60,000 bases of DNA, from assembly GCA_013239625.1 (NCBI GenBank), contig MU053216.1:2074943-2134942 (forward strand), read 5' to 3'. The stretch is from Lama guanicoe (taxonomy: Eukaryota). A program made the position numbers and the translations under genes. Below, piece after piece: positions 1-12,369 of this stretch. The notes under the pieces were generated by a model. That model did not search any database. It was not told where the DNA came from and was given only the letters and a program-made list of their open reading frames with translations. The number at the start of each line of letters is the position of its first letter. Positions within the stretch are counted from its first letter, which is position 1.

Positions 1-497
1 TCAAAGAGCTGTCTGTCCACAGGTGGCCCACAAAAAAGCCCCAGGGAGGGAGGAGGCTGAGGAATGCCACGTGGTCCTGGCGGTCGCAAAGGCAGGGAGT
101 AGACCGTGTATTCAGGGTGAATTTCCTGGTCTCAGAGGAGAAGCTAACAAGGTGTGGGGTTGCATATTCTGCATTCACTAGGGTGGGGCTGACTCCCTTG
201 ACCCTCACTCCCTTCTTTTGTCCCTTTAAATTCCTCTCACTGATATTAATTAAAGAAATTAAAAAGAGATTATTTGCAGACTATTCTATCTCACATATAT
301 AAATTCTACACTCAGAAGAGAAATAGGAAAAGGAGAAGGGAAAATATTGGTTGACATGACTCCAGAAAAGTTATCTGATATTTGCCACAATTGTGTCCAC
401 TGGTAACTTCAGACAGACAGAAAAATAAGATCTTCAATCCTCATTTTGAATTAAAAAAAAATCTTCAACAACGATTATCAAACACGGCTTCTCCTAA

Positions 498-1206
498 CCC
501 TCCTGCACTGCTGGTAGGAATGCAGTTTGGTACAGCCACTGTGGAAAAAAGTATGGCGGTTCCTCAAAAGACTAGGAATAGACTTACCATATGACCCAGG
601 AATCCCGCTCCTGGGCATATATCCAGAAGGAACCCTACTTCAGGATGACACCTGCACCCCAGTGTTCATAGAAGCACTATTTACAACAGCCAAGACATGG
701 AAACAGCCTAAATGTCCATCAACAGCTGACTGGATGAAGAAGCTGTGGTATATTTATGCAATGGAATACTATTCAGCCATAAAACGACAACATAACGCCA
801 TTTGCAGCAACATGGATGCTCCTGGAGAATGTCATTCTAAGTGAAGTAAGCCAGAAAGAGAAAGAAAAATACCATATGAGATCACTTATATGAGGAATCT
901 AAAACAAAACAAACAAAACATAAATACAAAATAGAAACAGACTCATAGACATAGAATACAAACTTGTGGTTGCCAGGGGGGAGGGGGTGGGAAGGGACAG
1001 ACTGGGATTTCAAAATGTAGAATAGATAAATAAGATTATACTGTATAGCACAGGGAAATATATGCAAGATACTTGTGGTAGCGCGAAAAAAAGAATGTGA
1101 CAATGAATATGTATATGTTCATGTATAACTGAAAAATTGTGCTCTACACTGGAATTTGACACAACATTGTAAAATGACTATAACTCAATAAAAAATGTTT
1201 AAAAAA
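498..1206 (+). mobile_element. Young 5'-truncated LINE-1 (ORF2 C-terminus, 3' UTR, A tail)
   Basis: ORF 527-844 ([31 protein letters not shown]...KQPKCPS) is L1 ORF2p C-terminal sequence. The 3' UTR ends CAATAAAAAATGTTTAAAAAA. Flanking direct repeat GGCTTCTCCTAA at 486-497 and 1214-1225. Confidence 0.95.
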
Positions 1207-2634
1207 GTGGGGGGGCTTCTCCTAAATACTATTTTGGGTCTGGAAGAAAATACTGTTTGTGGAGGCTGGTTTCCAGAATTATCAATCTGTTTTATCACAA
1301 ATGAGACAGGTGTTTTTGGAAGGTCTCCTTACTCTGGTGTTTACTTTCTTCATTTTCAACATCAGGTGGTGTACTAAATGATTTCCAAGTTCTCTTCAAC
1401 ATCTTGGCAGTCTCTGGATGTAACGACTTCTACCTAAATTGAATCTTCTTCCTTTTCCCTGTTGGCCCCATCCATGTGCAAAGGAAAAGATTTTAGTATC
1501 TTCTCGATAGTGAAACAAGACGTCTGAAGACAAAACATCTCACAAAACTGGAAACTCTGGAATAACCGAGACTGTCTACACAGAATTCTTTTCATTGTTT
1601 TGAACAACTGGGTCTGTCAATGAGTTAATAGCCTTCTAATTCAGGAGGAGGAGGGGTGGGAGACAAAGCCCCTGCTACGCATCTCAGTTGGTCAGCCACG
1701 GTGCGCGGAGGGTGTCTGATGAGACCCCACGGAACAGGATCTCAGTGAATGCCACGCTCGGTTTTTATTCACACGTCTCTGTCTGGCGGTGGCTCTCTGG
1801 GCTGGAAGCCATCAAACACAGTCTCTGCAGGGAGCAGGGAGGAGTTTCCCCCCGACGGCATCTCTCTGTGGCTTAACCTCCGCCAGTCAAAGCACCGATC
1901 GATGCTCCTGTGACAGATATTTTTCCTACCGTGAGAGCGTCTGTAAATCAAACCCCATCAGGGCACACCAGAAGCCATCACGATCATGACACTCCATCAT
2001 CCTTTGCAATTCCCCCCGTGTCAAAGAACAATGAGCATTACTTTAAAGGAAAATATTTTCTGAAAATAAATTGAGGCAGTATTTCAAAAAGTTGAATTTC
2101 GTTGGGCAAAATATGGTTGGAAATATAGTTCCTGGTTCTTTGCTGGGAGGCAAACCCTCTTCTTTTTCTTCAGGGCTGTTACTGAGAAGGGGAGAGAAGG
2201 GAACGGAACCAAGGCCCAGGAGGAAGGCGGAGCGGGAAAGACAAAGCAGGGAAAAGGTGTTTCTCCGCTGCTTCCCCGCTGGCAGGGCCTGGACCTCAAT
2301 AATCCTCACAGGACACTCGCAGTGGTGTCTGCGGGACCACAGAGGGATGGAGGAGGCGGGGCCGGGCCGGGGAGGGGGACACCCAGGAGGGGCACGGGGT
2401 GGGAAGTGCTGCTTGGAAACAGAGTTTAACATGAAAGACTCCTGGAAAGAGCACGAGTGAGCGGGACAGCCTGAGGAAGGAGAGGACAGGAGCCCAGAGT
2501 CCACTCGTCTCCCCGGATGTGAGGAGCAGCTGGGAGTTCACTGTGGGGACCTGAACTTAGGGGGCAGGGTATGCGGGCGGCAGGTGCAGCTCAGGGGTGT
2601 TGGGCCACTGTTCAGAGGTGACAGATAAAGAATT

Positions 2635-3022
2635 GGAATCTTAAAAAAAAAAAAGAAAAGAAAAAGGAAAAAAGATGCTAATGAACTTTTCTACAAAACA
2701 GAAGCAGACTCACAGGCGTAGTCAACAGTCCTGTGGTTACTGGGGGGAAAGGCGGTGGAAAGGATAAATTGGGAGTTTCAGAATTGCTAATATTAACCAC
2801 TATATATAAAATAGACAAATAATTTCTTCTGTCTAGCACAGAGAACTGTATTCAATATCTTGTAATAACCTATAATAATCTTTGTATTTTCATATAAAGA
2901 ATATGAAAATGAATATACATATGTATGTGTATGACTGAAACATGATGCTGGACACCAGAAATCGACACATTGTAACTGACTGTACTTCAATTTAAAAAAT
3001 TTACATTAAAAAATAAAAAAAA
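2635..3022 (+). mobile_element. LINE-1 3' UTR fragment with A tail
   Basis: Motifs ACAAAACAGAAGCAGACTCACAG, TAGCACAGAGAACTGTATTCAATATCTTGTAATAACC and GTACTTCAAT+A-rich tail; similar to the copy at 13555-14017. Confidence 0.9.
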
Positions 3023-3129
3023 GGAGTCATAGTGAGCAGATGTGAGGGGCTTACCCTGAGGTTCTAGCAGGATGGGGCACTTCCCTCGTTCCCTGGCTCT
3101 CAGCCACGGCCAGCACTACATAGAATGTG

Positions 3130-3330
3130 CTGGAGGGCTTTGGTTCTGCAACCTGACTGCCTGGGTTCAAGTCCCAGCTCTACCACTTACTAGTTATGTG
3201 ACCTGTCGGCAAGTTTCTTAAGGACTCCATGCCTCAGTTTTACCATCTCTAAAATGGGTATAATGACTTGTACCTACCTCCCAAGGCTATCTTGAGGGCT
3301 GAGCATGTTAATGCTTACAAAGTTGAGCTT
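3130..3330 (+). mobile_element. MIR SINE
   Basis: MIR core: CTGCCTGGGTTCAAGTCCCAGCTCTACCACTTACTAGTTATGTGACC...GCCTCAGTTTTACCATCTCTAAAATGGG. Confidence 0.85.
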
Positions 3331-5004
3331 CCAGAATCCCCCCAGCCCCCTGCATCTAACTGTGAGGTCTGCGTTCCGTCCAGTTTTGGGTGTGACTCTC
3401 AACTCTGACCTGGCTTCAATTAGCAGCAGCAGAGGAGAGGTGCAGAGAGCAAAATTTGAACTTCGCATTCATATGGGATCTGGGTAAGCGCTCAAAATAC
3501 TTTGATGTTCATAGAAACACATCTTGCCTGGAGTCACTCCTGCTGTTGGGACAGTGAAGTCTCTAGGGCACAGCCAGGAAAACCCCTTCTGTGGACTGCA
3601 GAAGGGCCTGGGTTGTTTAAATATCCCTGAAAGTGAGGAAGCACAGAGCCTTACATTAAACAAGAAGAATCAGTTAGAATTTGAAGGAAAGCTGATTCCA
3701 GATGGATGCAGAGAAGAGGATGTTAAGGAGATTAAGAGGGCTGTGCCCAAGCCCCCTTTCCCACAGGGACATTCTAAAACCGACACCGTCCCAATCAGTG
3801 GTACCCAAAGGCAACCCTCACCTCCCGGGGTCTCTCCTGCTCGAGAGTGAACGCGGGCTTTGGCCAAAGGTGACAATAAATATTAAAACCTTTATTATCA
3901 ATGTTTGATAACGGCATGAAACATTTATACTTATGTGTTACTTCATTTGCTGGAGAGATGCAGGTGGCTTTAAAGCTGCTATTGTAGGTCAGTTTTAAAA
4001 AGAAGATCTAATTATCTTCCAACCAATTTCCCTTTGTCAGAGCCGAGCAGAGAGCATGAAACAAAGGCAGGCCGGGCTGGAAGCGGGGCTGGGAGAGCGC
4101 CTGCTCACAGCGAAATAATCTGTTCTGAGTCAAGGTCGATGGTGTAGACGCTGTTGTGTTTTGCTTCTTTCTTAATTTTCTATTTAACTCCCTTCACAAT
4201 CTTCCTGTGATTTAGAAACAAATGCGTGCAGACATCTTGGCAATCACAAAAGCCATGTTCAAATGATAGAAAGCATTCACATGAGCCGAGACATTAAGAA
4301 TTCCTTTGGCGTGGATGTGGCGAGGCCTCGTTCCGTCTGGAGACGTCTTTGTATGACATACAAATGGAGGGGACCCAGAGCCCCCACCTGCCACCCTTGT
4401 CTACATGGACATAATTATGCCACTCATTTCACATCTTTTGTTATCATCGACTTTGGACATACATGGATATGTTTTAAAGGTGTACTGCAGTGGGTTTAGG
4501 GGAAAAAGTCCTACTTGTATTTGTCATCCTAAATCCCTAACTGGCCGGAAGAGGTGGTCAGACCTTAGAAAGAACGCTGGGTCAGAGGACAGCACGGCTG
4601 GATGTGAATCCCCACGCTACTGCTCACCGCCTGGGCGATCCTGGGTGTAACATGCTCCGAGACATGTCCCTGCCTGCAGGACAGAGCTCACGACACCTGC
4701 CTATAGGCGAAAGGGCTTCTATAGAGATTCCTCACAGGCCGTCTGGCGTAGAGCAATCTGTTCGTTCGGGGGGAGGTGTTTTGCCACTGCTGACAATGCT
4801 TCTTTTCCTTCCTGGTTTTAGAGGTGAAAATAATTAATCACATTCTTCTTTTATATGTAGTCATTCTGACAAGTCATTGTTTTCACATTGTATGATCACT
4901 TTTATTAACTATAATATGAAATTTTATACAGTTTATTTACAACATTGGCAAAGTAAGCCAACACCTGATTTTGTTGGATTTATCCCTTTTCTTTTTTTTC
5001 TTTA

Positions 5005-5296
5005 AAAAAATTAATTGAAGTGTAGCTGATTTACAACGTTAGTTTCAGGTGTACAGCAAAGTGGTTCAGTTACACATACACATACATATATATTTTTTCT
5101 TTTCAGATTCTTTTCCATGATATGTTATTACAAGAAATTGAATATAGTTCCCTGTGCTGTACAGTAGGTCCTCCCTGCCATTTCTCCTTTAGTAACCATA
5201 GTTTGTTTTCTATGTCTGTGAGTCTGTTTTGGGTTTGTAAATAGAATTTGCATCATTTTTTTTAAGATTCCATGTATAAGGGATATCAAATGATAT
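5005..5296 (-). mobile_element. LINE-1 3' UTR fragment (internally deleted)
   Basis: TTAATTGAAGTGTAGCTGATTTACAA...GAATATAGTTCCCTGTGCTGTACAGTAGG...AGATTCCATGTATAAG is the reverse complement of the L1 3' end. Confidence 0.85.
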
Positions 5297-5419
5297 TATC
5301 AAGTCATTTAAAGGTTGCATTTTTGGTACATTAAAGGGTGTCTAGCTTCTTGAAGGTGTTCAACTATTTCTAAAAAGTGAAGAATTTCCTCCAGCCTCTA
5401 AAAAATTCCAGTTTCCTTC

Positions 5420-5502
5420 TTTTTTAATGGAGGTACTTGGGATTGAAGCCAAGACCTCATGCATGCTAAGCACGTGCTCTACCGCTGAGCTCTACCCCTC
5501 CC
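5420..5502 (-). mobile_element. tRNA-derived SINE (camelid Vic-1-like)
   Basis: Reverse complement reads GGGAGGGGTAGAGCTCAGCGGTAGAGCACGTGCTTAGCATGCATGAGGTCTTGGCTTCAATCCC: Pol III A and B boxes with a tRNA-Ala-like body. Confidence 0.9.
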
Positions 5503-5555
5503 TCCACTGTTCTTGAAGAGCTACATGAAGATGCATTATTAGAGTACACTTTGTA

Positions 5556-5688
5556 GGGGAAGGTGTCGCTCAAGAGGTAGAGCGTGTGCTTAGCATGCGA
5601 GGTCCTGGGTTCAATCCCTGGTACCTCCACTAAGAATAAATAAATAAGATAAATAAATTACCTCTCCCCATAAAAACCCAAACAAACA
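5556..5688 (+). mobile_element. tRNA-derived SINE (camelid Vic-1-like), full length
   Basis: GGGGAAGGTGTCGCTCAAGAGGTAGAGCG...GGTTCAATCCCTGGTACCTCC, then (TAAA)n, TTACCTCTCCCC and an A-rich tail; degenerate TSD AGAGTACACTTTGT / AGAGTGTACTTGT. Confidence 0.9.
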
Positions 5689-8600
5689 GAGTGTACTTGT
5701 GTGTGCATGTGGATGCGTGTGTGTGCATGTGTGTGTGTGTGTGCACCTTCTAACCAACTCTTCTTGTATATGGTTTCATATTTCTATTTTTACCTGAGTA
5801 TGATTTAGTTGAAGTGACCATGGAAAAATTTTAGATAGCTGTTCCAATCTGCTGAATAAGCTCTCCCACTGGGTGTCTGGGGGGTCTGACACGGTGTAAA
5901 CCATGCACTTAATGAATAACTAAGTCCACGTCTTTAAAGGAGCTGACAATAGCACCCCGATAACGCCTTCACCAAGTACTAATGGCCGTTCGACCATCCA
6001 GTTAAGGCACATGTGAATTAAAACCTGGAAGTCATAACTAACGGAATACGGATTTAGAGTTCATGCCCTGCAGGGCACGCTGTGGACACTGGCAAATCTG
6101 CATCGGAGAGGACCCTCCTGCAAGCATTCCAGGGGAGGACCGTGTCTGTAGAAAGCCCTTGCTGAGCTGAATTTGGTTGGTGGTCTTGAGGCTCCAAGCA
6201 CTTGTCCTGACCAACAGTTCTTATTCTTAGACCTTCCATCTCCACACAGCCTTGGTCTTGTCCTTGTGCGGAGGGCTCAGCCAGGTGGACCCCATGTTCA
6301 CCCGAGGACCTGGAGGCCAGCCTGAGGATCCACAATGGTTGGGGACCAGATGTCAGCAGAGTGCGATGGTGAATGAAGGCTAACAGTATTTCTGTTGCAT
6401 GAGGAACTTTTGTTATTATGCTCAGTGAAGCAGGAGGAATATAATTTAAATGCTTCAGAACAATTCCTTTTGCCTGTGAAACTAAGATGCATTTGTTGTT
6501 TCAAATTTGGAAAGATCAAGAAAAGCATAAAAATTACTCAGAGCCTTATTATCCATAGCAATGTCTGTTAATGTCTGGGTGAACTTCCTTCCAGTCTCCG
6601 CCCTCACCCCACCCCGCCTTAGCTAACTATTATTTTAGATCACTTTTAGAGAAGAGAACATGAAAAGGAGAAATGAGAAGGAAATTAATTAATAGAGCCA
6701 GATATTGACTGATTCTTATATTCAACAAAATAAACCTAAGGATATGGAAATTAGTATACTGTTCTCTGTTTATTGTGATGCCATTCATCTCAAACCAAAC
6801 AAATATATCCATGAGTTATTTTTTTGTTTTTTCACATGTGTGAGCAAAGGGTATGTATTATCTGCTTTTTTTTTTTCTTTGCAGTGGCAGGTGTTCCAGA
6901 AACAGAAATTTTGTCTCATGACTCACACCTCACATTCTGTATTGCTTTCTATATTATTTTTTGGGAGGGAAGGGAGAGAAATTAGACCAGAAAAAAGAGT
7001 AACTCCAGCTTTGAAACAATTGAACATTAGGGATGAAATACAGAACAGGGGTTAAACAGCGTCATGAAAGTTCTGCTGCTTTGGATGCCTGGAAGCTTGT
7101 CTGTCAGAATTTTGTACAGCTTAATGCCCAGGGGATCTCAGATAAGTGTGTTTATTAATTACTTGTTTGTAAAGGCAGCTCTGCAGCCGAGGAGGAGGGT
7201 GTTGAGATGGCATCACACATTTGCTCTCTTCTCTAATTTGTTCTGCTAGATATTGAGTTCAGTGGGAAAAAAGAAAAAGTCCATTCTGATGACTCATATG
7301 CTGGCCCAATGGAGGAAAACCGCCTCTTTTATAAAAAAAAAAAGCTGTTGTGGGTGAAAATGAAAACTCGGTAGAAGATGGGAGATTAGGTCTCCTGAGT
7401 CTTGAGTGAATTTCTTTCAAGATTCAGGTTAATAGGGACTTTCTAGTTGCTCATAACCTGATCTGTTAAATCTGTAACACCCCACATCGGTATGTTCTAC
7501 AGGCTTACGCAGAATTTAGAACACATCCACCCGTATCTTCTTTTGAAGGAAATAAGCTTTCTCAGCTTAGGTAAACTTCTGGTTAAACCAATCGTTGGAA
7601 CTCATCAGTTTAATCTGAATCACAAAGGGGAATTCGTTTTCAGAACTGGAATTTTTCCAAACCCTTGACATACAGGAACAAGATGTAGTGCAATTTTCCT
7701 ACACTGCAATTGTAGTGAAATTTTCTCCTAATTTGAACGAGTTTAATTATAGAATTACTAAATGTCCTATGATAAAAAATGTATAAACAATGCAAGGGAA
7801 AAAGAAAATCTCTGGGGTCCATATTACTGTGATCTGCAACCACATCAGTGCTGTAAGATCATAATGAAATAATTACCTCTTGTTGAAAATTTTGATGTGA
7901 CGCACTGCAATCTAATACGGCACAGCACAGCATAATATGATATAAATGCAGCTGATATGTGGTTTACTAGTAGGGGTATTTAGACTCTTGTCTAGGTGTG
8001 TTTAAAAAGAATCACATTTCTAAATAAATAAACAAGTAATTTTTTAAAAGAAGCACATTTCTGAAATTATCTAATTTTAATTTTGTTGTAGTTATAGGTG
8101 CGAGTAGTTAACTCTGTAAGGGATCTTCCTTAATTTTGTCTATTTTATTTTAAACTAACAACTAAATGACAAATATTTGTCAGCTACTTGCTATGTGCAA
8201 GGCATTGGGTAAGAACGAGAGAGAACACAAAATAAATAAGCTGTCTACTTGGGGAGCCTAGGGACAGAAGATATTCAAATAGGAAACTATTAGAGATTAA
8301 GCAGTTTATAGTAAAATATTTATCAAATAAATTTTTAGATAAGAACAATAATTGCAAATCATTGACAGAATATGAAATTTATTTATCTCACTGATAATTT
8401 TTTTATTAAAAATAAATAATTATGACGTAGCTTATTCCTATTGGTAGCAAAACCTTTATATGTGTGTGTATGTGTTGTGTGTGTGCATGCATGTATATGT
8501 CCCTGGCATTGGGAAGGGATATGCAAATATATTCATACATGTGTGTACATGTATCTACATCCATGTATAAAATATCAGTAAATAAAAGCAAGAGTGAGTC

Positions 8601-8770
8601 AGAAGAAAAGAATTTTGTATCCTTTGGTATCTTCACTAAAATTCAATTAGATGTGAACTCTGAAACTATAGCCAAAAACTTTAAGAAAGAAGAAGCTGAA
8701 ATGAAAGAGCAATTGCATAAAGTATAAAGAAGTTAGGAGAGGAAAAAGCTTGTATGAATCTAAAATCTTT

Positions 8771-9279
8771 CTTTTTTTAATTGAAGTGTACTCAATTTAC
8801 AGCGTTGTGTTAGTTTTCTGGTGCACGGCACAGCGATTCAGTTACACACCCATGTATCTACTCCTTTTCAGATTCTCTTTCATTATAGGCTATTACAAAA
8901 TATTGCCTGTAGTTCCCTGGGCTCTGCAGTAGGACCTTGCTGTTTATTTTATATTTGGGAGTCAGTGTCTACAAATTCTGAACTCCCAATGTATCCCTCC
9001 CCACCCTGTTTCCTCACTGGTAACCATGAGTTTATTTTCTATATCTGTGAATCTATTTCCAATTTGTAATTAAGTTCATTTTTTTCTTTTCAGATGCCAC
9101 ATGTGAGTGATATCATATGTTATTTTTCTCTTTCTGTCTCACTGCACTTAGTATGATGACCTCCAGTCCATGCATGTTGCTGTAAATGGCATTGTTTCAC
9201 TCATTTTACAGCTGAGCAGTGTTCCATTGTGTATGTACACACTCACCACACCTTCATCCAGTCGTCTGTTGGTGGACAC
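8771..9279 (-). mobile_element. LINE-1 3' end fragment
   Basis: TTTTTTAATTGAAGTGTACTCAATTTACAG through CATGTTGCTGTAAATGGC and TCATCCAGTCGTCTGTTGGTGGACAC. Confidence 0.9.
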
Positions 9280-9541
9280 CCTGTAGTCTCTTCTGCTTGA
9301 TCATGAGACAAAATTTGTTTCTGGAACACCTGTTGCTATAAAAAAAAAAGCTCAGCTTAGGAGTGAGTTGCAAAATTTGGACTGATCTTTCCTAAAAGGG
9401 CTTTGAAAAACCAAGTACTCCGTGACACACACTTAAGTTGACATCTACAATTTTGTTTTGCATTAATGCCAAAAGTAGAATTGTAGTAATCTTCTGTGAA
9501 TTATAAATGTTAAAACTGGGGGGTTAACAGGCTTGCTTTTT

Positions 9542-9634
9542 NNNNNNNNNNNNNNNNNNNNNNNNNNNNNNNNNNNNNNNNNNNNNNNNNNNNNNNNNNN
9601 NNNNNNNNNNNNNNNNNNNNNNNNNNNNNNNNNN
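9542..9634. other. Assembly gap (run of N) at an L1 poly(A) end
   Basis: Run of N characters in the sequence. Confidence 1.
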
Positions 9635-11088
9635 CAGTGTACAGTTTTTCAGTTATACATGAACATGTATATATTCATTGTCACATATTTTTCTCTGTGA
9701 GCTACCATAAGATCTTGTATATATTTCCCTGTGCTATACAGTATAATCTTATCTATTCTACAATTTTGAAATCCCGTCTATCCCTTCCCACCCCCCAACC
9801 CCTTGGCAACCATAGATTTGTATTCTATGTCTATGAGTCTGTTTCTGTTTTGTATTTGTGCTTTGTTTTTTTTGTTGTTGTTGTTGTTTTTTTAGATTCC
9901 ACATATGAGCGATCTCATATGGTATTTTTCTTTCTCTTTCTGGCTTACTTCACTTAGAATGACACTTAGAAGGAGCATCCATGTTGCTGCAAATGGCATT
10001 ATGTTGTCGGTTTTTATGGCTGAATAGTATTCCATTGCATAAATATACCACAGCTTCTTTATCCAGTCATCTGTTGATGGACATTTAGGCTGACTCCATG
10101 TCTTGGCTATTGTAAATAGTGCTGCTATGAACATTGGGGTGCAGGTGTCATCCTGAAGTAGGGTTCCTTCTGGATACATGCCCAGGAGCAGGATTCCTGG
10201 GTCATATGGTAAGTCTATTCCTAGTCTTTTGAGGAATCTCCATAGTATTTTCCACAGTGGCTGCACCAAACTGCATTCCCACCAGCAGTGTAGGAGGGTT
10301 CCCCTTTCTCCACAGCCTCTCCAGCATTTGTCATTTGTGGATTTTTGAATGATGGCCATTCTGACTGGTGTGAGGTGATACCTCATTGTAGTTTTGATTT
10401 GCATTTCTCTGATAATTAGTGATATTGAACATTTTTTCATGTGCTTTTTGATCATTTGTATTTCTTCCTTGGAGAATTGCTTGTTTCAGTCTTTTGCCCA
10501 TTTTTGGATTGGGTTGTTTGGTTGTTTCTTACTAAGTCATATGAGCTGCTTATATATTCTGGAGATCAAGCCTTTGTCAGTTTCATTTGCAAAAATTTTC
10601 TCCCATTCCGTAGGTTGTCTTTTTGTCTTACTTATAGTTTCCTTTGCTGTGCAGAAGCTTGTAAGTTTCATTAGGTCCCATTTGTTTATTCTTGCTTTTA
10701 TTTCTATTGCTTGAGTAGACTGTTCTAGGAGAACATTTTTGAGATGTTTGTCAGATAATGTTTTGTCTATATTTTCTTCTAGGAGGTTTATTGTTTCTTG
10801 TCTTATGTTTAAGTCTTTGATCCATTTATAGTTAATTTTTGTGTATGGTGTAAGGGAGTGTTCTAGCTTCATTGCTTTACATGCTGCTGTCCAGTTTTCC
10901 CAACACCATTTGCTGAAGAGACTGTCTTTATTCCATTGTATATTCTTGCCTCCTTTGTTGAAGATTAGTTGACCAAAAGTTTGTGGGTTCATTTCTGGGC
11001 TCTCTGTTCTGTTCCATTGGTCTATATGTCTGTTTTTGTACCAATACCATGCTGTCTTGATGACTGTAGCTCTATAGTATTGTCTGAA
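9635..11088 (-). mobile_element. Young 5'-truncated LINE-1, ~1.45 kb of ORF2 3' part and 3' UTR
   Basis: ORFs 10537-10992 ([27 protein letters not shown]) and 9892-10455 ([21 protein letters not shown]...[18 protein letters not shown], the Cys-rich domain) are L1 ORF2p split by a frame break. Same subfamily as 498-1206 and 39533-40199 (shared LLQDDTCTP). Confidence 0.97.
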
Positions 11089-11170
11089 TTTTAATGGCAG
11101 TAGCGGGCACTGAACCCAGGATCTCGTGCATGCTAAGCACCCGCTCTACCACTGAGCTATAGCCTCCCCC
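11089..11170 (-). mobile_element. tRNA-derived SINE head; probable tail remnant at 9518-9541
   Basis: CTGAACCCAGGATCTCGTGCATGCTAAGCACCCGCTCTACCACTGAGCTATAGCCTCCCC; direct repeat AAATGTTAAAA at 9505-9515 and 11173-11183. Confidence 0.88.
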
Positions 11171-11247
11171 ACAAATGTTAAAATTTTAATGTGAATTTAT
11201 TAGATCATTTAAAAAATGTATCCAATGGAATCAAAATAGCTTAGCCC

Positions 11248-11905
11248 CGCAGTTCTACAATGTGGTCCTTGGGCCCCTGGGAGTTTTGGGGACTCTTTCT
11301 GGTCTTTTCATGATGGTGATTAGTAGTTATGAGCCGCTCGTCACCGGGTGGGCATTAATACTGACGATGCAAAAAGCAGTGGATAAACTGCTGGCGCCTG
11401 AGTGTGACTCCAGCCAGGCGCACCCAGCAGTGCTTGTGGTCAGTCAGCGTTTCCTCCGCTGCCACACAGTTGTGGCAAAAAGATGCCAGCTGCACTTGAG
11501 AACGCCTTTGACTGTATTAAGTCTTTGTATTAAGTCTTGACCCTGAGTTTACATCTTTTCCATACTCCTCAGGACAACCGGGAAGCACACACAGTTATTT
11601 CAAGGAAATGCACGTGTACGATGTTGACAACTGAACTGGCTACTTTTTTCCCACGGGACCCGTTTTCACTGAAAGAGCTATTGACAGACAACCTGTGGTT
11701 ACAGAGACGTGGATGCTTAGTAGACATTAAAAAAAAAAAATGAACCAAGTGAGTCTGTCCTGTCAAGAAAAACAAGTGACAGTGTTTGTTGCCAGTGATA
11801 CAATTCAAGTTTTTAAGAAAAACATAAATGTTGGAATATTTGTATTTGCCACTAGGAATGGCAGCTTCCCAGGACTTCAAGACTTTTCTGATGAGATTAG
11901 GGGTG
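11248..11905 (+). mobile_element. hAT DNA transposon fossil, Charlie1-like
   Basis: Terminus CAGTTCTACAATGTGGTCC. The internal stretch GACAACCTGTGGTTACAGAGACGTGGATGCTTAGTAGACATT...AATGAACCAAGTGAGTCTGTCCTGTCAAGAAAAACAAGTGACAGTGTTTGTTGCCAGTGATA resembles decayed Charlie transposase (LGYLADIF..MN.VSLSLQ). Confidence 0.8.
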
Positions 11906-12369
11906 ATGACTGATGCGAAAATGTCTCTTTTATGGGCTTGAACACATGGCCAGAGAAGTATAACCCCCAGTTACCTCTGACATGTCTTCCTTCTACCCAC
12001 GATGTCACGCTGAGCTGTCCAAGGGCAATGAGGAACTTTTCATCACCTTGAAAACATGAGACACGCACAGCTCGGGAGCAGCCCCCATCTTGATTAACAT
12101 GGGCTCAGTCCACACGGAGCCTGTCGTGTTGTCCCTCCACGTCACAGAATTTGTACCCGGGGGGCCAGGCACCAGAATAAGATCTGGGGGCCGGGGCATG
12201 CCCGGCTTTTGTCAAGAGGGCAAAGGGCAATTGTGCAGGCAAGGCGGGAAAAGAGAACAGGAGTCATCACCTGGACCACGACTTGCTCTGGCGCAGAGCA
12301 GTTCAGGGGAGGGTATATGAGTAAGAGGGTCCAAGAACTGAAACGAATTGCTGCATCACTCTTTCTAAA

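Noticed and set aside
3524..3850. 108 aa ORF
   Set aside because: Non-ATG start, no convincing splice signals and no recognisable homology.
8464..8727. 87 aa ORF with a protein-like charged C-terminal half
   Set aside because: The N-terminus is a TG/TA low-complexity tract. The rest may be a decayed DNA-transposon remnant (with 7640-7860 and 9300-9480), but I cannot assign it.
9892..10992. 187 aa and 151 aa ORFs as host genes
   Set aside because: They are L1 ORF2p fragments of a 5'-truncated, frame-broken element lacking the endonuclease and RT domains.
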